Shown here one piece after another: positions 26,096 through 37,413 of a DNA stretch of 64,000 nucleotides (positions are counted from its first letter, which is position 1; each line of letters begins with the position of its first letter). A program made the translations under genes and the position numbers. This DNA comes from Moniliella sp. 'wahieum'. Its lineage: Eukaryota. The stretch covers positions 372,001 through 436,000 of the forward strand of contig RSEE01000049.1 of the NCBI GenBank assembly GCA_003971905.1, in the 5' to 3' direction. Below the pieces are notes generated by a model, which saw only the letters and a list, made by a program, of their open reading frames with translations, searched no databases and was not told where the DNA came from.

Positions 26096-26490
26096 ATGTC
26101 AGCTGTCTTCCGTGCATTCAAGAAGTACTGGTACGCGCCCGAGGCGGTGCCGATCTACATCTTCACTGGCGGTACGTTCGCCGGGTCGATGTGGTACCTC
26201 TACCGTCTCTCGCAGGGTCCGACCATCGTGTGGAACCACAAGGACAACCCCGAGCCTTGGAACAAGATTACCCCCGGTACCAACACCAAGCTGCTCACGG
26301 TCAACGTACGTAGTGCTCCTCCCCTATGCGCTGAGCCGGGATGGATCTGGGTCTGGGATCTTGTCTTTCCTGGCTTTTGATTTTGTTTGTTTTAAGTGGC
26401 TGGATATGGACCGCGGTGAGAACAGTTTGGACTGACATTTGATCCCTGCTGCCACAGCAAGATTTTGACCGCCAGTACAAGCGCGAGTAA
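26096..26490 (+). CDS. NDUFA4: NDUFA4/MLRQ-family small mitochondrial respiratory-chain subunit, intron at about 26306-26457
   Basis: WYAPEAVPIYIFTGGTFAGSMWYLYRLSQGPTIVWNHKDNPEPWNKITPGTNTKLLTVN|QDFDRQYKR matches the B12D/MLRQ pattern (NPEPWN). Confidence 0.85.
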
Positions 26491-26877
26491 GGCACGCAAC
26501 CTATCATCGGAGGGCATCTGCCTAGCGTTTGCACTGCGCTGCTTTGGAAAGGGAGAGACGTGTCCATCGAATCTTTGGTGGGCAGAGGTGGTACACCTTG
26601 GGTGCCGTCTATGGAAATCCATTATGCTTGTCTTATGCTTGCTTCATGCGCAGTGTCTCACATTTGCTTCATGCCCTGCCTCAACATCACTGGTGGAGCC
26701 GCCACCCCTCGACAGCACACAGCCCCAGAGGTTGCCCCCATCCACCATCCTACCGTGCCAGCAAGTGTCAGCCTGCTTGAGTACTGGGATGCTTGTGAAA
26801 AGTAATACCTGTTGGGTCCCAGGTCAGACCGGACCCGAACAACGACAACGAGACAAGAGGCCGACAAAGGCACATGA

Positions 26878-26934
26878 TTTGGACTGATTTGGATTGGATT
26901 AGATGGGATTCTTGGATTGGATTGGATTGGATTG
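26878..26934. repeat. Degenerate (TTGGA)n microsatellite
   Basis: Read directly: ttggattggattagatgggattcttggattggattggattggattg. Confidence 0.75.
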
Positions 26935-27829
26935 TCACATGTCACCGAGGCAACCCGGGAACCCACTGGGATCTGAGGAACCGGTCCTTCTTCTATATAT
27001 CTGGCAAACTGACACAGAGGAACCCACACCCCAAAAAAGAAAGAAGCAAGGGCCAAAGGTTGGAGCGCAACCAGTGGCCAAACACGAAAAATGAAACAAA
27101 AATGGCCCATGTAAAACGCAGCGCATCATAACGCAAAAACGCAACGCAACTCAGCCCAACCCAACCCACCGCGGCCACCGTTCCCCGTTCCCATTCCACG
27201 TTCCCGGGACCCGGTACCCCTCTCCTCGGATTCACACGCCCACACGTGGGCGCAGAAGGTAAAGACCGAGTGCATAAGTAGGGGAAGGTGGGGGGGCACA
27301 ACTCTGCCAATATACAGCACAGGTCCAGATGGACGCGCAAAGGAAGGGAGGGGTTGTGGGCCGGTACTGCGGCATCAGTGGACATGGGTGCGAGATGCGG
27401 TACCAACTCCTTCCCCCTCCCCTCGCCGCCCACCCGACTCACACACCCCGCAACACACAACACACATATCCAGGCGCAGATGCATTTGCAGATGCAGATG
27501 CAGATGTACTCGGCAGCGATGCACATGGGAGAGAGCAGGTCCGGTCCACGGAGCGGAAGACCTACGGCCGACCGCCTGCCCGGCCGTAGTAAAAAAGTGA
27601 GACAGAAAAAAGAGTTGGAGTAGGTTGATCAGGTCACAAGGCACGACCCTGACCATACCCCAACCGTACCCCGAACCACTGGGCTCCCGACTCCCGATAA
27701 TAACAAGGACAAGGTCCAATGCAGGACAGGAACCTGGACCAGAGCCAGTTGTGGAGGAGCAAGGAAGCTGTGATTGTAGACGGAAACGGACACGGACAGA
27801 GACAGGGAGACTGCAGAGTAACATTACTC

Positions 27830-30800
27830 TTACTCCATCCGGCGCCGTTTATGGTCGCCTTCCTCGTCAGCCGACCTTTGAGCATCAAGCCGCCAGGGAT
27901 TCGTCCCAACTGGCCTTGCTGAGCCTGCGCACGCCGTTGCTGGTAATGGTTCAGCCTGCGATTGGGACAGGAAAGGTCCCACGGAAATGCGGACCGGAAC
28001 AGTCGTTGCAGATCGGGTGGGAAGTGTGGCCGTGGCTATTCCTGCGGCTCTGGCTTGGCTCTGGCTCTGGCTGGGGAGCGGGGGACGAGCAAGATGGGTC
28101 GGGGAAGAAGAGCGGGCATCACGACCCGAGACTTCCGGTTCCCGTCCTACATCCGCTTCTTCCTTTTCCCCAAAGCTGGTGGACCCTTTGCGTTTGGAAG
28201 GGACGGCAGCCGCGCCCGAGCGTCTTGCACTTCGGTCCCACCCGCCCGAGCGCGGGGGCGAGGTGGGCGAGACCGAGGCCAACGCGTGGCTCTCTGACCG
28301 GGACGAAGCTCGACGTGGCGAGGGCATGGAAGGCAAACTTTCCCACTCGGACGCGTCGCTCGTGTCCCCCCGTCCACTGGCGGTAACGAACAACGTGCCT
28401 TGGCAGCCACGTGCGACGTACCGCCACTAGGGTCCGTCCGTATGGGCGACGTGCGCCCGGGCCCGGAGACCCAGCCAACTGCGAGGGTGCACGACGAGGG
28501 TCCGAGGTAGTTGAACCAAGGGCGTTGGGAGGAGGCTTGGATGCCCCGCTGGTGCCGTGGGAGTGGCCGACCTCGATTGGGATGGGGATACTCCCCAACG
28601 GGATGGACGAGGCAAGCGGTCGCCGAGGAAGCGCATGTCGTTGTCGTGGGCACTGCACCATTTCCCGATTGGGTTTGCTTCTTCTGCAAAAACGGGGGTC
28701 GAGGGAGGGGTGTCGAAGACGGTGCCCTGACCGTCACGCGGGCGGGAAGAGAAACTTCGGCTGAGCCATCTGCGCGAGGGGCGTGGAACCTTGACCAGCG
28801 GGTGCACGGCCGAGGGAGATGGCACGTCTGTTACTTGCAGACTGGTACGACGAGAAGAGGAAGCCGAATGCGTCGAGACGGTGGCTCGAGCAGCGTGAGC
28901 CCCCAGTCAACCTCGACGGTCTGCATTACCATCATCTGGTAAGATCCACTTGATGCCTGTCTCGCCGAGAAGCGTTCGGTAAAGAGCTGGACAAACTCGG
29001 TCCAACTCATCTCCGAGTCGTCCTGGTCAAAGGCTTGGACCAGCTTGGTGTACCATCTTGCAGGCGGACCCGAAGGCAACACAGCCGAGATGGCTTGTAG
29101 CCGCTCGGTTCCGAAAGAGACGCATGCACGCCCTCCTGCACACGAAGCCAATGACGGGCATCGGTCGTACTGTGCCGCTCGAGCGAGCGGAAACGGGGAT
29201 TCCGTGCGGTGGATCCGGCCTGCGCTTCAACATCAGTACCTGCCGACGGCAGTATTACAGACTGGGTGTTCGAAGCAGAGGGAGACTTTGAAGAGAGGGG
29301 CGGAGCAGAAAGGGGGCGAAGCAAAGGACATGGTTGGACTGACAGGCTTTTGCAGGGAAGCAAGAACCAAGTTTTGATCGTCGTCCAGATCCATCTCACT
29401 TACCGAGTCTCTGGGGCGATTCACGTCGCGACGCTCGACTGCTTCGAGAACGACTGACGATCCTGCGATGTCGCGTAGCCGTCTTACCCTGCTGGAACGG
29501 ACGGCCTTCATGCGCTGATGCGTTTCTTTGCCCTGTGTTGTTGCCGAACCGATTGAGCCTGGAGCGGGGCTTGGGTGGTTGCGACGAAGAGGCTTGCTCC
29601 GCATCTTGAGCCCTTGCTGGCGTCGGTGCATCACATTGGTCTTGTGTGCTGGCTTTGCCTCTTGGGTTCCGCTTGGCCTGGTGTGCCTCGGGTCTGTTGA
29701 TCCCGTGAGTGGGCTCAGACTTAGGCACCTGCGGCGAGTGGCGCGCCTCAACGGCTTGCTGCCATGAGCAGTATCCTGCTGAGGTGAGGTTGTAGACTTG
29801 CCTGGCGGGCCCGCTCGGTCTGTTTCACCACATAGTCGTGATTGTCCTGCCGCGCTTGCTTGTCTGCTGGGCTTGCTTGGGTTGCTGGGCTTGTTGGGCT
29901 GGGCTGCTTAGGCTGCGGGTTTGTGGGCCGCTTAGGTTGCTGAGTCTGCTTTGCCTGTTTGGCCTGCTTTGGTTGTTTAGCCTGCTTGGTTGTGGGTCTG
30001 CTTTGGCTGCTGAGCCTGCTGCTGGGCCTGTGAGACCACTGGGCCATTGGGTCCACTGGGCCTGCTGTTGGGCGAGAGGTGGAAGAACCAGTGGGCCTGT
30101 TGGGCTGAGTACAACTGTGGGACCTGAGGTGGCTGCTGTCCTTGGGCCCCCGGCCTGGCCTGTTGATCCCAACAGACCGGGGGCCTGCTGGATCGGTTGG
30201 ACTCCCGGTGTCAGCGCGGGCATCGCATTCCAAGTCCAAGTCAACTGAGCCGTTTCCATTTGGACCATCGTCCGCACGTCTTCCCGCAGCGACGACCAAG
30301 CCAGCTCGACCGCTGCTTGGCTCGCTGTCTTGGCCCCCTCATCGATCAGCGGCCGGAGCTGTTGTTCCACTTCGGCGAGGAAGAGGGGCCGCAGCTCCTT
30401 GGCCATTTCAACGTGAAGCCAGGGACGCAATTCGGCTTCCAACTCGGTACGAATTTGTGGTCGCAGTTCCTGTTCTACCTCGGCGCGGAGGTGTGGTCGC
30501 AGTTCGTGTTCCACCTCGGTGCGGAGTTGTGGTCGCAGTTCCTTGGTCATCTCGGTGCGCAGTTTGTTTGTGAGGGTGTCCAACAGTTCCGCTTGTAATT
30601 GCGTACGAGCCTTGTCCACCTCTCCGGGCACTCGCTCCTGTACCCATTGCATCGCTTCCGACTGGACTGCCTTGGTCACGTCAGCGGTCACCCCCGACGT
30701 TTCCATCGCGTTGGTCAAGGAGCTGCAAGAGAGCAAGGTCGAGTTGACTTGTTCTTCCGTGCGAGCCAACACGTCTCTCATCACCTGTTCCCGCACTTCA

Positions 30801-31442
30801 GACAAGGTAGTTTCCTGTGCCTTTTGCATCTCCTCAATCCGCGTACGCCAATCGTTTTCCAACGCTTGGATGCGTTCTCGGTATTGGCCGACCAGGCGCG
30901 TTGGTTGCGCGCCTCCTCCTTGGTGGACTCGGTCAGGGCGCTGCTGACGGCCACCAGGAGTTTGTTGAACAACTCTTCCTTCAACCCTCGACTTTGGTCC
31001 TGCGTTCGTTCCACCTCCTGACCAGGGCTAGCACCACCTCTTCCACCTGCTGGAACGAATGGCCGAGGTGCAACGACCACTCGGCCCCGACCATCTGGAG
31101 CTTTTGGGTCATCACGCTGGAGGCCAATCGTTTAGCCTGGACCGTTGCGCGCTGCGACAGGCCCTGGCCCTCGGGCAGTGGTTTGGAAGGCGCCGTTGTC
31201 GCTGTATCACGAAACGGTGGGCGGGTAGGATCGGACCAGCGCTTGACCAGATCGTTGATCACTTTCTTCCATCCGAGCGTCGAGGTACGCGAGTGGCCGC
31301 CACTCGTGGTGGACAGTCCACTGCTTCTCCGAGGTGGCCGCGTGGAAGTAGAGGCGCTGCGGCCCATGATGCGCACCCCCATCTCCTCGTTTGTGTGCCG
31401 CCCGAGCGCGGGGAGGTCGAGAGGCAAGCTGGTGTCACCCAT
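27830..31442 (-). CDS. Long hypothetical protein: N-terminal coiled coil with 12-aa repeats, low-complexity linker, and a retrotransposon Gag-capsid-like segment
   Basis: Chain of overlapping minus-strand ORFs (30981-31442, 30781-31080, 29825-30862, 29007-29399, 28831-29151, 27830-28393). The segment PRFRSL...DARHWL...LPSGPPARWY...MSWTEFVQLFTERF resembles Ty3/gypsy Gag CA patterns. Confidence 0.55.
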
Positions 31443-32603
31443 GGTCGCGACAGGATGGACGTGGGGGGTGGGTCAGTGGGGCGTGGACACACGAGGCGGA
31501 GGGAGGGAGGGAGAGATGGATGGATGGGAGGGAGGGAGGGGCAGGTGGAGGGCGGATGCGGGGTGCAAGAGGGAAGCGATGGTGGGGCGGCTGCTGGGCT
31601 GGGCTGGGCCGGGGGATTGGCGAGCGAGGGAACGTGGAACTGAGATAGGGGACGACGGGGCGGGGGAGGAACAGTCCAGTTGAACGTTGCAGGTGCAGTT
31701 GAACGTTGAACCGAGCCTAGCGGCGCTGCTGGGCGTGGCCGTGCGCAGCGCTTTCTATTAGCCATGCCCAGTACGTACGGCGCCTGTCTCTGCACTACGC
31801 CACTGTTCTGCCCCACTTCTCCTGGATCGGGGGTGTAAGCTGCAGGCACCGCACACAGCCGTCCAACGCCAGAATGGCCCAACGCCTAACCCACAGCGCG
31901 CTACTGCCACCGGTTTGAACGTCTGAACCCTGCATTCATCATGCATCATGCATCATGCATCATGCATCACGCGCCACCTGGATGATTCCCGCACACCACG
32001 CGTCACGTGCATCGCACGTTAGCCTGACGCTCCGGCCTCAAGAAGCGCTCCGGCCACCTGGACTGCTTTCCCCAACTCGCATGGGACTCAATCTTAAGCC
32101 GGGGGAGCCCTTGGTGTCAGATCTCAAGAGGCGTTGAACGTTGAGGTTGAGGTCAAAGGTCAGAGAGGTCAGAGGTCAGAGACGAGGCGAGTCGATCGGT
32201 AGGGGCGCCTGGCAAGGTGCAACCCAAGCTACCTCCCGAAGGCACGCACACGCACGCACGGCCCCAACTAAGAAATTCAAGATTCGAGTATACCACCAGG
32301 GCCCATGCGCCCATGAGAATCGATAAAGTCAAATCATCAAAGCAGAGTAGCGATCCAATCGTACACAAAGAACAGCCGAGCAAACGGGGCACACCCATGT
32401 TCCTCGAGGAACGTGCGGGGGAAGGGGGGGATAATAAGGGAGCGGCAAAGGGGTAGGATAAGGGTAAGAGGAGGGTAAGGGTAAAAAGCCAGGCAAAAGG
32501 GGGAACCGAGCCAGGCGAAAAAAAGGAGGCCGGTGAGAAGGAAGCTCAATTCGATTCGATTCGAGCCGAGTCGAGCCGAGTTGGTCGAACGAAACTTCAA
32601 CCT

Positions 32604-34941
32604 TCAAGCAGTCTCGTCCGGAAGCGAGGCGGATGCGGCCGGGTGGGGCGACTGAGACGCCGGGGACGGCGTTTCGGAGGAAGGTTTGGCCAGGATAGCC
32701 TCAACGTCCGTCGCTTGCGTTTGGTCCTCCTTCAACGCGCCGACAATCGCATCAATCATCTTGAACCCCAACGATCCCTGTGGGAAACAAATGTAGGCCA
32801 CAATCTCGTGCGACGCACCAAACTTGGTCCGGAACGAACCCTTGGACGCCAAATGGAACGTCTTGCTCAGTGCATTGTACGCGGCCGTGACGGTGGTGAA
32901 ACGTAATCCCACATGCAGGTTCCGGCCAGGTTTCAGCTCCCCGCCCGAAATCCCAAACGAAAGCGAAGTACAGACCGGACGCTTACTTTCGTCCCACGTC
33001 GCAGACGCTTTGTCCAGTCCTTGAAGCGGGAACAGAGCGGCCGAGGAAGTGTCGACGCTCGAGGCAGTAGATCGGACTTGCATCGGCGTCGACTCTTGGT
33101 CCGCCAAGACCGTCGCTTGCGGCGTCGAACCATCCGGGGTAGGCTGCTCCGACGTGGGCGTCTCCGTACCGGCCGCGGGGGCATTCGTCGGTGGCGCCTG
33201 CTGGGCCTCGGCAAGCTTATCAACCGGCGCTTGCACCGCAATGATCTTACCCGGCGCACCATCCACCTCGGCGGCAGGAGGGTCTTGCTTCTCCTGAGTC
33301 GGTTCCTCAGCTTGAGGCTGCGCTTGGGCATGAGCTTGGGCTTGGGCCTGAGCGGCCTCTTGGCGCGCCTTGCGTGCACGCCGCGCCTTTTCCCGGTTGG
33401 ACAGCGGCTTATCTTCCTCCTGCTTCTTCTTGGACGGGGTAGGCCAGTCGGGCGAACCAGCATCGCGCAACCGCTCAATCACATGCACAATCAAGCACTC
33501 TGACGTGCCCTTGACGTCCTGATCAAACTCCAGCAACCACTTGACCACGTACTTGCCCTCGGCAATCGGAGCCAGCACACACATTCCCACCACCTTCTCG
33601 TCCTCGTGGTAGTCCAGCAGCACATTGGGTACACTCAAGTTGGACTGGCTGGTGACACGGCTGTTGGAAGTAGCGGGAAGCGTGACGTTGCTCACGGCCG
33701 TTTTGCTCGGATGCTGAAGCTCGTCCTCATCGTCATGAGGCGGGATACGAGGAGCGACAGCGTAAAAGTACTTACGGTTGGTCAGGTCGCGCCACGGTTC
33801 GGTATCGGACGCATGGATCTGGGAGCCCTTGGCCGCCTTGGACTCCTTCCACGTCAAAATGCCCTCTTCGACGTGGTCGCGCGTCAGGGCCGAGGAGCCA
33901 TCGAGGATTGGATCGGGGAACCGGCCGTGGGCCTCAACGATCCGCAACCCCTTCCGATGCGCCTTGCGCAACTTGGTCCGCACAAACTTTTCCGCTTGCT
34001 CCACGTGAAACTGGCGTGGGTCCACCGCGTCCTCATGAATGCACGTCAGCGACGACCAGTCCAGTTTCGCCCGGGGTGAGCGTCGTGGCATTACCTCCCA
34101 GCGGCTCGGAACCGATCCGATCAGGGAACGAACGGGTCAACACGTCCATAAAGTCTTCCGAGCAACACGACCACAGCGGCTTTTTGCCCTCCGACTCGAT
34201 TTGCTGCACCCAGCGCTGGGCAACGTACGCATAGTTGTCCGGGTGGCACAGCGGGTTGCCCCAAGCGATCGCATACGTCTGCTTGCCATCGGGCGAATTG
34301 AGTAGGTAGCCCACATAGGCAAACTTCTCGATCGGGTCTATCGTAGGCAAAACAGGATGTCAGCAACTTGCCTGTCCCAGTGGGTTTGCAGTGCCCCAGA
34401 AACAACCAAACCAAAACCCAGAACCCAGAACCCAAACAAAAAACAAAAATAAAACCGAACCCCAACAAAAGGTACGTACCGTGTCGCCGCTCAGCGGGCA
34501 GAGGCAGCTCAAAGATGGTGTACATCGGTTCGGTCCAGGCAGTGTTGGTGGCTGTGCCGTACAAGGGCAACAAGGTGGGCAAGAGGGGTAGGTAGCAATG
34601 TTGCCCGAGCCAGGCTCGTGCAGTCGACCGTCATTGGAGAACAAGTCGCGAAACTGCGCCGGAATGGTGTCGGAAGACCCGGCGGGGGTCACATCGGCAT
34701 CCCCGGCACCTGTGCTGGACGCGGGAGGATCCGCGTCCGTTGTACCGGAAGCAGTGTCATGGTCAGCGCCACTGCTCAGGCTGGAATGGACCGGATGGGG
34801 GTGGCCCAAGCCACCTGGGTGCAGATGGGACGAAAGCTTGTGCCGGATGGAGCCCAAGTTGTGCGACAGACGCCCGCCGTTGAACGAGTGCCGCGGCGAG
34901 GCTGGCGGGGACCCATCGAGCGAGGGTCGGATGGCGGACAT
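32604..34941 (-). CDS. Free-standing DUF2156 / LPG_synthase_C (dupli-GNAT) aminoacyl-tRNA transferase of the fungal ErdS type, intron at about 34339-34479
   Basis: LYGTATNTAW, YVGY, AIAWGNPLC, KKPLW, WSSLTC, VRTKLRKAHRKGLRI, WKESK..GSQIH....PWRDLTNRKYFYA, VKWLLEF....GTSE.LI, SLSFG, KGSFRTKFGA and YICFP..SLG occur in the order I recall for the ErdS C-terminal domain. Confidence 0.82.
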
Positions 34942-37413
34942 GGAGGCGCGGGGAGACGAGGTCGAGGCGCGCGACTGCTGCACGCTCTTGCGGGGTGCGG
35001 CGCGAAGCGTCCCGGCTAGGCCGCGGGCTGGCGCTGGGGGAGGGGTTGGCCGGGTCCGAGCCGTCGGGCGCGTGGGAATGGAGGGAGGGAGAGTGGGTGT
35101 GGTGCGAGCGCAGGCGCGTGCGGAGAGCGTCGAGCATAGTGGGCAAGGGATGGAGGGGGTAGCCTGGTGTCGCAGCAGGTGGTGGCGGGGGAGGGTGGGG
35201 GCGCGGACCGGCTTGGCGTTCGGTTGCACTTGCCTGTGGTAGCCCGTGGATCGGCGATAATTGGGAGGGCCGTGGGTACACTAGCCTGCTGCGGGCGGGC
35301 AGAAGGGCAGGCGTGGGTGGCCCGGGGGCGGTCTTGGGCTGGGATCGATCATGGATCATGCAAGTGCATCATGCATCCGACACCAACGTAGGCACCACCA
35401 GCACTGGCCGAATGCGGCCGATGCCACGGGCCACAACTGGGCCTTCGAAGCTCCAACCTCCATGGAGATCGGTTGCGTAGCTCCGATTCTAAACGTACGC
35501 GGAATATGCCACACTCTGGCAAAGCGCACACTGCCCCCACGCGGCAGAACACGCATACATGCGGATGCATGATGCAAGCATGCACAGGCCCTGTCTGCAC
35601 GTGCAAGGGGGCGGTGCTCGGGACAGTCGCATGTCACATGTCATGCATGTCCTGCATGTGCAGCTGCAAGCTGCCATGGTGCCTTGCAGCTTCCTTCTTG
35701 CCACTTGAGCGCTTCTCCCTGCAGACAAACAGGGGGGGCGGGTACTGGGTGGCAGTCGCACGCCCGCGGAGCAGGACCGCAAGAGACAGCCAGACCCAGC
35801 TGTGGCCTGCGGCAGCATCAGTGTGGCCTGCTGGGACTAGCATGCATGCATGACGACGCGGGTGACAATGACGCGCGTGACGCGTGACGGAAATTCAGCT
35901 GGCAATCCACAGCACTCTGGCACTGGGCGTGGCGTGCGCTTGTTTACAATTTCATACGCCAAGCCGTGCAGCTTGGCAGCTGCAGCTTGCAGAGCGAGCG
36001 TGCTCCGCGCTCCCCCCCGTACCGCGGCATAGAATCCTAGAATATTAACAACCCTGCCGCCCCCCTGTCCAGTCTTGCGTCTTGGTCAACGCGTGTTTAT
36101 GACCAGTAGTATATAGTGACCAGTGACTAGCTAGTCACTAGTGTATATAGTGAGTCGAAGATTCGAGGACTCGAGGATCGGTCTGAAGATCTGAAGCCTT
36201 CCGCCCGCGTTCCTGAGGCCTGACATTGACATGGACATTGTTGACCACCAGTGGTCTAGGTGGTCTAGAGCCCATCGGCCTTCAGTGACACGTGGCCCGA
36301 TGCACACAGTGCACCGGGGCAGTGAGTTCCGGACCTTCCACGGGTTTCCACTGGCCTCCAGGCCAGGAGCCTATCAGGGCCCATAGCTCTAGCTCTCCTT
36401 AGCTCTTGAATGCCATCTCCATCCATCATCGCCAGCATCGCTAGCTAGGCCTGTGACAGACATCGATTCAGAAAGCCTAGCTGGCAGCTTGAAGAAACTT
36501 CCGCCGCGCAGCCCCAGTCCTTCCCCGCATAGATCCAGATTCACTTTTCCTGAGGCAGCCGGAGGTCTGATCGGTGATCGATTGGATCTTTCCAGCGAAC
36601 CACACTGGCCAGACTGCAACCCAGACCGTAACTGCGCGGAATCACGCGCCAACTTGACAAACGTTCGCCGCGCAACGTCCAACGCGCAACGCGTCGATGA
36701 CCGAGGGGTCGTTCGCGTTGTCCGCCTGCTCAGTTACCGGTTATCGATTCTCGATTATCGATTCTCGGCCGAGTGAACGTGAGCGTGAATATTGAATTCT
36801 CGTTGGTGTATCCCGCGGGATACTCGATACGCCCTGGTACGCGGTACGCCCGCGTACGCCCGTGGCCACCGCAAGCTCAGGACTGGCCTTTCATCGGCTC
36901 GTCCGGTGGATCATCATGCATCATGCATCATGCATCATGATGCATGACCGGTGACCCTAAGGCCGAACACATCTCCAGCAACACTAGAGTCGGTTGGACG
37001 GGTATGCCGCACTGGTGTGTAAGGTTGGGTACTCGTCCCCAGCGCCAGCAGCGCGGCCAACAATTACCAAGTGTGTACGCGCATCGCATACCAGACACTA
37101 GACACATAGAAAGGGCCCTCCTACTTCCCCCCCTCTACCTCGCGATCCCCGCCTAGGCCAAACCAGGTCCAACCCCACGCAGTCTACGCCTCCTGCCCAG
37201 GCTCGAGCCTGTCCCGACATATGGCCAGCTATATATCTCGTCACGCGTCACTATGACAGTCTGCGGTTAGACCAGGATGAATGCCACAGGCTCGGATCGG
37301 GTCGGGTCAAAAAAAAGGAATGGGAATCCCGATGTGGAGAGGGGGGCGTGGGTACTATAACGAGAGGGGACCAAGACCAATGCGACGGAATAGGGGTCAC
37401 GACAAGAAGCGAG

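Noticed and set aside
27830..31442. Complete autonomous LTR retrotransposon
   Set aside because: No protease, RT, RNase H or integrase motifs and no LTR pair could be seen.
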